DNA of 44,575 nucleotides from assembly GCA_964562335.1 (NCBI GenBank), contig CAZLTI010000001.1, forward strand, positions 1 through 44,575. Reading direction: 5' to 3'. Both the position numbers and the translations under genes were made by a program. This stretch comes from an uncultured Pseudomonadota bacterium. GTDB taxonomy: Bacteria; SAR324; XYD2-FULL-50-16. How positions within the stretch are numbered: position 1 is the stretch's first letter; the number at the start of each line of letters is the position of its first letter. The notes under the pieces are model-generated. The model made no database searches, was not told the origin of the DNA, and saw only the letters and a program-made list of their open reading frames with translations. Positions 38,359 to 44,575 of the stretch are shown piece by piece.

Positions 38359-40049
38359 TCTGCTCTACTGCCCTTCACAATGCTTTCGATCTCCTCGTCT
38401 TTGATGTAGGCTCCTTGGAGTTCCGTCGTCTCGTTGAAGGAGAAGATCATGTGGCCGTTGCCGGTTAGTCTTTCCGCGCCGGTTTTGTCGAGGATCGTTC
38501 TGGAATCGATGTCGGATGCGACTTTGAGGGCGATGCGGCCGGGAATGTTGGCTTTGATCAGTCCGTTGATCACATTGACCGAAGGGCGCTGGGTGGCCAG
38601 AATGAAATGGATGCCGGCGGCACGCCCCTTCTGCGCGATGCGGACGATGTTTTCGCTGATGTTGGACTTTTTCATCATCATCAGGTCTGCGAATTCGTCG
38701 ATGATGGCGACAACCGACGGCAGGCGTTCGCGCTCGGAAATGTTTTCGTTGTAGGTCTTCAGCGTATAGCGGCCACTCTTTTTCAACAGGGCGTATCGCC
38801 TTTCCATTTCGTCGATCAGATCCTCGATCATCAGAGAGGTCGTTTCCACGTCCGTAATCACGTCGCATGCCAAAAAGGGCGAAGAGGAAAATATACCGAA
38901 CTCCACCAGTTTGGGATCCACCAGAATGATTTTCACTTCGTTGGGAGTGGATGCGCACAGGATCGACGTGATGATGCTTTTGACCAGCACGCTTTTTCCG
39001 GAGCCGGTCGTTCCCGCAATCAGGAGATGGGGAAGCTGCGCCAGATCGCAGCTGATCGGATTGAACTCCGCATCCACGCCGATCAGAATCGGAATCGCCT
39101 GTTTCTCGCGCTCCCGGCTTTTGAGAAAGCTCTTTGTCAGCGCGGAAAACGAAATGGGCGGTTTCCTTTTGTGGGGAAGCTCCAGATAGAGTTTGGCATC
39201 GAAGTCCTCCGACACCTTCACGTTTTTGATTCCCAGTGCGGCGGAAATGTCCCGATCCTGCACAAGCCGCTCGATCTCCCTCCTTTTTACGCCTTGTCGG
39301 GGAATCAGTTCGTAGCGTTCGGAAAAGGGGCCGTATGTCGATTTGCCGATCTCTATCTCCGTACCGAAGGAGGCGAATGCCTTGACTATCCGCGTTTGCT
39401 GTTTGCAGTGCCCCCCGGAGATTTTCGCTTCGCCTTTCGGCGGGGCGGGCGGCACGGGTCTTTCGTACCGATTCACTCGTCGGTTGAGATCGAACAGTTT
39501 TCGCATCTTTGTTGGCTTTCGTTCCGTTGCGTCGGTGGTCCTCCCTTCGTTTGGCGTGTCTCTTTTTGGCGGAGCCTTTCTTTTTTTAAGCGTCAACCTG
39601 GGAACCGCCTTCAACATTCGGGGTACGGGAAACAGCAGCAGACATCCGGCGAGCAGCAGCACGATTTCAAGCAATAGCGTTCCCAGTTTCCCCAGGTATT
39701 TGAAACTCGTTATTTTCAGAAGGCCGCCGATATTGCGTTCGGAATGGACATGCGCAAACGAATAGCTGTCGTCCGTTGCCATCAGGAGGGGAATCAACAG
39801 CAGAGTGAGCGCCAGAAGTTTTGCGAAGGGCGACCTCGCCAGGCCGGAAAACAGACCCGCCAGAATGAGATAGACGCCAAAATACCAGGCGGATCTTCCC
39901 CAATAGGGCTGCAAAAAGTACTCGTGGTAATAGCGTCCCGCCATTCCGGTGTCTGTCGGATGGAAGGCGGAAATGATCGTAAAGATGCCGGCAAGCGTCA
40001 GCAATGCGGGAATCAGTATGGAAATGCCTGCGCGCCTCTTTTTTGCCAT
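38355..40049 (-). CDS. FtsK/SpoIIIE-family DNA translocase lacking the gamma domain
   Basis: N-terminal TM segments, Walker A GTTGSGKSV, Walker B VVAIIDEFADLMM, and ATQRPSVNVI. The protein ends 12 residues after GAYIKDEEIESIV. Confidence 0.88.
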   Translation of the reverse strand: MAKKRRAGISILIPALLTLAGIFTIISAFHPTDTGMAGRYYHEYFLQPYWGRSAWYFGVYLILAGLFSGLARSPFAKLLALTLLLIPLLMATDDSYSFAHVHSERNIGGLLKITSFKYLGKLGTLLLEIVLLLAGCLLLFPVPRMLKAVPRLTLKKRKAPPKRDTPNEGRTTDATERKPTKMRKLFDLNRRVNRYERPVPPAPPKGEAKISGGHCKQQTRIVKAFASFGTEIEIGKSTYGPFSERYELIPRQGVKRREIERLVQDRDISAALGIKNVKVSEDFDAKLYLELPHKRKPPISFSALTKSFLKSREREKQAIPILIGVDAEFNPISCDLAQLPHLLIAGTTGSGKSVLVKSIITSILCASTPNEVKIILVDPKLVEFGIFSSSPFLACDVITDVETTSLMIEDLIDEMERRYALLKKSGRYTLKTYNENISERERLPSVVAIIDEFADLMMMKKSNISENIVRIAQKGRAAGIHFILATQRPSVNVINGLIKANIPGRIALKVASDIDSRTILDKTGAERLTGNGHMIFSFNETTELQGAYIKDEEIESIVKGSRAD

Positions 40050-40106
40050 GTCGTCCCTCTGCCGGTCTATTCGTGGTCAGCTTTCCGACTTCTTCGCATC
40101 GGACCC

Positions 40107-40340
40107 TTAAACGTGCCGAATGGCTACTCGGAGAACGCACTCTATGCCGTAGGGCTCTCTCGTTTCGATCAGTTCCAGCGCCTTTTTGTAGAGGGTTTCG
40201 CGTCCGGTCCGGTCGATTGCGTTCCCGCGCCGTATTTTTCGTTCGGCAGAAAAAAGTACGATCCTTCTTTCCTCCCTCGCCAAACGCTTTATATCCTCGC
40301 ACAAAGTTTCGGGAATATCCCTCACCGTTATGTTTGCCAT
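40107..40340 (-). CDS. Orphan ribbon-helix-helix (FitA/VapB-like) antitoxin-like protein
   Basis: The N-terminus MANITVRDIPETLCEDIKRLAREERR matches the RHH antitoxin pattern. The remainder is atypical, and no toxin gene follows. Confidence 0.4.
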   Translation of the reverse strand: MANITVRDIPETLCEDIKRLAREERRIVLFSAERKIRRGNAIDRTGRETLYKKALELIETREPYGIECVLRVAIRHV

Positions 40341-40898
40341 CGATATTTCCTTCGGATCTCCATCCTTTGGAGAGAGGAGTTGGCAGTTGCATTGGTATCA
40401 ATACGGAATCAATGGCTACAGAATATACGCTTCAAGAATAAAATCAACCGCCCTGATCCCAGTCGCTCTTTTATCCAAATTCGGGTATTGCCCATGGTTC
40501 TGTGCTATATGGACAAGTCGGGCACTTCCAGTGTCCCCGGCAACAGGTCGCATTTTGTGTCGGCGGGTCTTTCCGTCCCCATCCGGCACTGGAAAAACTA
40601 TGATCGAAATATCCGAGACATCAAAAGAAAACAGGATTTGGACCAAGCGGAGATTCACGCAGGCTGGATGTTACAAATCGCTTATCTTTCCGAAATCCTA
40701 TTTTGTCGAATGACATCTTGATTGATTTTTCTTCGATATGTAAAAGCTCTAGCCTAGAACGCGCTATTTCTTCTAATAAATCAATAACCTAATAAATTTA
40801 TAGATTGACTTTTAGCTGACGGATCTATATGTTGAGCCCGTATTCTTTTTTTTCAAGCTGCGAAATAGTATTATGTTAACAGTGAATGGGGATTATTT

Positions 40899-41186
40899 AT
40901 GCGAGGTAAAGAAAGTAACATACCAGTACATGGAAGTGTAATTCAGCGTAGCCTTATTCCGGAAGGGCTGGGTGCTGCTTTGAATATCGCTACTGTGCCA
41001 ATTAGTGAATTAGACAGTTCATGCTTATCACAAAATTCCGAACATGGTTTCCAACGTTTGGTTGGTCAAGTTCTCGGTATGCCTACAGAATCCATACTTA
41101 ATGATGGGCAGTATCGAAAACTGACTAAAATGTTCATAGATGGTGATATTTGGGAAGAGATGGCTATGCGAGCCATTATCCCTTGA
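40899..41186 (+). CDS. Hypothetical protein (island)
   Basis: An ATG-initiated 95-aa ORF in the AT-rich island with no recognisable motifs. Confidence 0.35.
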   Translation: MRGKESNIPVHGSVIQRSLIPEGLGAALNIATVPISELDSSCLSQNSEHGFQRLVGQVLGMPTESILNDGQYRKLTKMFIDGDIWEEMAMRAIIP

Positions 41187-41384
41187 GTTGCCTCCTGGCA
41201 GCGATGCATGGGTCAACGGAGAAGAAACGTGCGTAGCACTAGATTTTGGCTGTAATCAAAATCATGAGAATGATTGAAAACGATGTATTCACAGCTAGCA
41301 ATTCGATTAACTTCGCGCCTTCGGCGCCGGACGCAGCATGGCTGCACCGGTTATTGAGGCATTACACGGCTAAAGGAGAATTCA

Positions 41385-41981
41385 GTGAAAATCTACGGCG
41401 ATATACAGTCTGGAAACTGCTACAAAATAAAACTACTTGCTTCCTTACTCGATATTGAGCATGAGTGGGTTCATATAGATATTCTCAAAGATGAAACACA
41501 CACAAAGGAATTTCTTGAGAGGAACCCGAACGCAAAAATCCCTATTTTAGAGTTAGATGATGGACGTTTCATATCCGAATCAAATGCAATCTTGAATTAC
41601 CTGGCGACAGGGACAGAACTTCTATCAAGTGATTCCTATGAGTACGCTAAAATTCAGCAATGGCAGTTTTTTGAGCAGAACAGCCATGAGCCGTTCATTG
41701 CGGTAGCAAGATTCATTGCAAAGTATTTGGGTCTGCCTGATGAACGTAAGGCAGACTATGAATCTAAGCAGGAAGGTGGTCATAAAGCACTTCGGGTCAT
41801 GGAAAAGCAGCTACAACACACACCTTACCTTGCAGGCAATAAACTCAGTACAGCAGATATTTCGTTGTATGGTTATACTCATGTTGCCGACGAAGGTGGC
41901 TTTGATTTAGGTGAGTATCCAGCAATCATGAAATGGATGGATCGCATTCGCTCACAACCAAAATACACAGGCATGGAGTAA
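41385..41981 (+). CDS. Glutathione S-transferase family protein
   Basis: Thioredoxin-like N-domain with KIPILELDDGRFISESNAILNYL, and a helical C-domain. GTG start with an AAAGGAG RBS. Confidence 0.88.
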   Translation: MKIYGDIQSGNCYKIKLLASLLDIEHEWVHIDILKDETHTKEFLERNPNAKIPILELDDGRFISESNAILNYLATGTELLSSDSYEYAKIQQWQFFEQNSHEPFIAVARFIAKYLGLPDERKADYESKQEGGHKALRVMEKQLQHTPYLAGNKLSTADISLYGYTHVADEGGFDLGEYPAIMKWMDRIRSQPKYTGME

Positions 41982-42249
41982 TCGCCGTGTAACGCTTGGC
42001 TCAGGTGCGCCGGAGTCGAGCCTTGCTCGAACGACCTGTCACCCGCCATGCTATTCTCGCTCAGGACAGCATATCGTTCGAACGGAAATCCGCGATTTGC
42101 CATCTCGAGCAGGCCCGATCCAGAAAACCTCAGATTCAGCTCAACTCCGGGCGTTCTGTGGCTAAATCTTAATCATCCCCACATATCCATTTTTAACTTT
42201 TCAAAAATAGACCATTGATGTTTGGTTGCGTATATGACATCATTTGTTC

Positions 42250-42675
42250 ATGAAATCAACAATAGTAATGGATACTAATGTATTCATTTCTGCGTTGCTA
42301 AATCCATTCGGAGATAGTGCCAATATACTTGAGTTGTGTTTCCGGCGGCAATATGTGCCTTTGATGGGAACAACTCTCTATTTGGAATATGAGGATGTTA
42401 TCAATCGAAATGAAATATTTAAAAATTGCTTATTAAGTGAGGACGAAAGACAAAATGCCTTAGACGACTATTTAAGTATTTGTAAGTGGATTAAAGTTTA
42501 TTACACTTGGCGTCCCAATTTAAAAGACGAAGGAGACAATCATTTAATCGAATTAGCGGTTGCTGGAGGAGCCAACACAATAGTTACTGGCAATATAAAA
42601 GATTTTCAAAAACCTGAGCTGAACTTTCCAGAAGTATCAATCCTAATGCCGAAACAGTTAATAGAGGTAAAATGA
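42250..42675 (+). CDS. PIN-domain toxin (PIN_3 / TIGR00305-like)
   Basis: IVMDTNVFISALL, DEGDNHLIELAVAGGANTIVTGNIKDF. The ATG at 42250 is used because the ORF-track start at 42244 is a TTG. Confidence 0.85.
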   Translation: MKSTIVMDTNVFISALLNPFGDSANILELCFRRQYVPLMGTTLYLEYEDVINRNEIFKNCLLSEDERQNALDDYLSICKWIKVYYTWRPNLKDEGDNHLIELAVAGGANTIVTGNIKDFQKPELNFPEVSILMPKQLIEVK

Positions 42676-42944
42676 CTGCAATTACAATAAGGTTGCCTGA
42701 TGAAGCTCACGCTAGGCTTAAAGAATTAGCAAAACAAAGAAAAATGAGCTTGAACAAATTATTCGCAGAAATAGCGACAGTTACTTTGACAGAGTTTGAC
42801 GCCGAAACTCGATTCCGGTTGAGGGCATCGCGAGGATCGGCAAAACATGGGCTAGAATTACTGGAGACATTAAGAGAACGTCACAAAAATTCCGGAAAAA
42901 CATCAACAAATATTGGTACAACTCCCACAAAACAAAGCCGGTGA
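42672..42944 (+). CDS. Ribbon-helix-helix antitoxin encoded downstream of the PIN toxin
   Basis: MTAITIRLPDEAHARLKELAKQRKMSLNKLFAEI is a classic RHH N-terminus. Its start forms an ATGA overlap with the PIN stop. Confidence 0.8.
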   Translation: MTAITIRLPDEAHARLKELAKQRKMSLNKLFAEIATVTLTEFDAETRFRLRASRGSAKHGLELLETLRERHKNSGKTSTNIGTTPTKQSR

Positions 42945-42969
42945 AGGCTCTACTGCCTTCACTTTATTC
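42941..42969 (+). terminator. Rho-independent terminator candidate
   Basis: A perfect 8-bp stem GTGAAGGC / GCCTTCAC with a 6-nt loop, followed by TTTATT. It overlaps the RHH stop codon. Confidence 0.55.
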
Positions 42970-43103
42970 AATTGCTTCAGGAATTATGAATACTTCACGC
43001 GATATAAATGAAGCATCTATAAAATACCAAACCTATCTAGATAAAGATTAATCCTTTGAATTAATCAATGCAAAGCTAGACCAACTTGCCAATATGGTAA
43101 ACG

Positions 43104-43307
43104 TTGTTCGCGGGAGAGAAGAAAAGATGGTTTTTTTTTATCGCTGCACTTGTTATTATTTGGAGCAGGCAAAAAAAGGCAAATATATCAAAAGGCGAAA
43201 TATCGGAGGTTCTGGCAAAAGTTATGGCAGTCGCTGCGGGCCAAAAGCGCCTTCAAATGCAGGAGGTGATTGAAGGTTATGGTATTGATATTGAGTCATT
43301 CAACTAG
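43104..43307 (+). CDS. Small hypothetical membrane protein (TTG start)
   Basis: 67-aa ORF with one hydrophobic segment, WFFFIAALVIIW. It has no ATG start and only weak support. Confidence 0.25.
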   Translation: MFAGEKKRWFFFIAALVIIWSRQKKANISKGEISEVLAKVMAVAAGQKRLQMQEVIEGYGIDIESFN

Positions 43308-43424
43308 CGCTCTAACAAGAGCATGCAGACCGACAGTCCTCGCCGCTTCGCTATGAGTACTGCGACTAATGCATGACGCTAGCTTCTTGATGACAAATGG
43401 CATACGTTATGTTATTCTCTATGG

Positions 43425-43706
43425 ATGGAAACATATAATTGGAATGCAGAAAAAAATAATCACCTTAGAGAGCGGAGAAATATATCGTTTGAGGAGGTTG
43501 TTCTCAACATTCGTTTCGGAAACGAAGTGGATATTTACGATCATCCTAATCAACGGTGTTATCCAGGCCAGAAAATTTCCGTGGTTTTGATTGAAGGATA
43601 CGCTTATCTTGTTCCTTTTGTAGAGAATGACGAAGGTATTTTTTTGAAAACAATCATTCCAAGTCGTAAGGCAACAAAACAGTACTTAGGTGACAAAAAT
43701 GACTGA
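43425..43706 (+). CDS. BrnT-like toxin (DUF497-like)
   Basis: NWNAEKNNHLRERRNISFEEVV and the C-terminal KTIIPSRKATKQY resemble the BrnT pattern. It is paired with a BrnA-like antitoxin. Confidence 0.7.
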   Translation: METYNWNAEKNNHLRERRNISFEEVVLNIRFGNEVDIYDHPNQRCYPGQKISVVLIEGYAYLVPFVENDEGIFLKTIIPSRKATKQYLGDKND

Positions 43707-43998
43707 GCTTGATTCCGAAGAAAAGGAAATCCTCGAGGCTTTTGACAAAAGGTTGCTTAAACGATCGAAAAATGTTCGACAGGAAATCGAGAAACACAAA
43801 TCCATAGCCGAAGCGACCTTCAAAAAAGACGCACGAATTAATATTCGTTTGTCGTCCCGCGATCTTCGTTCTCTACAAGCCAGAGCATTAAGAGAAGGTA
43901 TTCCTTATCAAACGTTGGTTTCCAGTATTTTACACAAATTTTCCGAGGGGCGATTGGTAGAAGTATCAGCTGACAAAGTGCTCGACATAGACCGTTAA
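43699..43998 (+). CDS. BrnA-like CopG/RHH antitoxin
   Basis: INIRLSSRDLRSLQARALREGIPYQTLVSSILHKF is the characteristic C-terminal RHH of this antitoxin family. It overlaps the brnT-like stop. Confidence 0.8.
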   Translation: MTELDSEEKEILEAFDKRLLKRSKNVRQEIEKHKSIAEATFKKDARINIRLSSRDLRSLQARALREGIPYQTLVSSILHKFSEGRLVEVSADKVLDIDR

Positions 43999-44077
43999 CG
44001 CGGCAAAAAGCGCTACGTTAATATCTGGTTAGCTTAGTCGTTGGGATGAAAAACTGACGATATCGGAGAGGTTATGT

Positions 44078-44332
44078 TTAGTAGTTGAATCTTAATTAGG
44101 CTATTTTGATAGTATCTTTGTCGGCCCGATAAACAATACGATGTTCATCATTTAATCTTCGCGGCCAGTAACCAGACAAACTATGCTTCAATGGTTTAAG
44201 TTTGCCAATTCCTTCATACGATCGGCGTTGAATATCACGAATTAACGTATTTATTCTTTCAAGGATTCTTTTATCAGTTTTTCGCCAATATAAGTAATCG
44301 TTCCATGCATTGTCGGAAAATCTTCTATTCAT
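44078..44332 (-). pseudogene. yoeB: YoeB-family toxin with a premature TAA and a degraded catalytic C-terminus
   Basis: FSDNAWNDYLYWRKTDKRILERIN..PLKHSLSGYWPRRLNDEHRIVY aligns with YoeB. It ends IKIA-TAA-LRFNY-TAA where the family has IA(A/Q)CRYHY. Confidence 0.75.
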
Positions 44333-44575
44333 TCGATTAGCTCTTCAGCTACTCCTTCACCATTTTTCAGTTCAACAATGGACTCAAGAAGACGTTTTGC
44401 GTTTTTCGGACTACGCGACAAATAAGTTGTTTTCTTCCACCGCCTGATAATCTTCAAAAGACAGCATAACTACCGGGCGACTACTTCTTCTTGTGATAAT
44501 CAATGGATTATGATCATCGCAGACTTTTTCCATCGTGCTTGCTAAGTTTTTTCTGGCTTTAGTATATGAGATAGT
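44329..44575 (-). pseudogene. yefM: YefM/Phd-family antitoxin, frameshifted and 5'-truncated by the window edge
   Basis: Frame A reads TISYTKARKNLASTMEKVCDDHNPLIITRRSSRPVVMLSFEDYQAVEENN, then stops at 44411-44413. Frame B continues YLSRSPKNAKRLLESIVELKNGEGVAEELIE. One extra T near 44425 separates the frames. Its stop forms an ATGA overlap with the yoeB start. Confidence 0.75.

Noticed and set aside
38607-39677. A 356-aa plus-strand ORF, along with 37476..38468 (330 aa).
   Set aside because: The first is antisense to the FtsK-family gene and the second is out of frame with the EamA gene. Neither has recognisable motifs.
40341-40720. A degraded integron integrase (intI) or other tyrosine recombinase at the left edge of the island.
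   Set aside because: None of the six-frame fragments resembles tyrosine-recombinase motifs (no R..HxxR..Y pattern). The only readable pieces are short Cys-rich or basic peptides.
41246-41458. A 70-aa plus-strand ORF upstream of and overlapping the GST start.
   Set aside because: It has a TTG start, overlaps the GST RBS and start in another frame, and spans the inverted-repeat element. It is most likely non-coding.
34455-44098. Stop-codon reassignment (TAG or TAA read as sense), suggested by two in-frame stops in otherwise well-aligned toxin genes.
   Set aside because: TAG ends gatC. TAA ends cobQ and nikR. TGA ends gyrB and dnaA. All terminate at the expected protein lengths. The interrupted genes lie in decaying accessory DNA, and the neighbouring yefM is also frameshifted.

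Overview
This is an origin-proximal chromosomal segment, roughly 50-55% GC by eye, from a Gram-negative and probably anaerobic bacterium. I make no firm taxon call.

- **0.4-6.7 kb:** the minus-strand dnaA-dnaN-recF-gyrB cluster, with gatC convergent on it.
- **6.9-17.7 kb:** housekeeping genes. These are tsaE, an ITPase (rdgB-like), coaD, an OYE-type flavin oxidoreductase, an RNase II/R-family exoribonuclease, proC, mtnP, a 5'-nucleotidase plus PHP phosphoesterase pair, and folD.
- **18-21 kb:** a DUF1640-like coiled-coil membrane protein expanded by twelve 33-bp in-frame repeats. It is followed by a cation/proton antiporter, EIIA(Ntr) and PII-like operon.
- **21-31 kb:** ltaE, an orphan receiver protein and a cobalamin block.
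  - The block holds cobI/cbiL, a BtuFCD-like importer, an ABC-2 transporter and a signal-peptide-bearing cbiK, all behind one cobalamin riboswitch.
  - cobQ is transcribed divergently from it.
- **31-34 kb:** an envelope block of an OMP, lepB, murJ and nikR.
- **34-35.4 kb:** a decayed accessory patch with an amber-interrupted ParE/RelE-like toxin.
- **35.7-40 kb:** an IscU/NifU-like plus GGGtGRT gene pair of unknown function, an EamA transporter, and an FtsK/SpoIIIE protein that lacks the gamma domain.
- **About 40.7 kb to the window end:** a visibly AT-richer island. It carries a GST, a PIN-RHH module, a BrnT-BrnA module and a decayed YefM-YoeB module. Several imperfect inverted repeats lie between its genes.

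I recognised no rRNA, tRNA, CRISPR array, transposase or integrase. All calls rest on reading the translated ORFs and the nucleotide sequence by eye. No database search was run.
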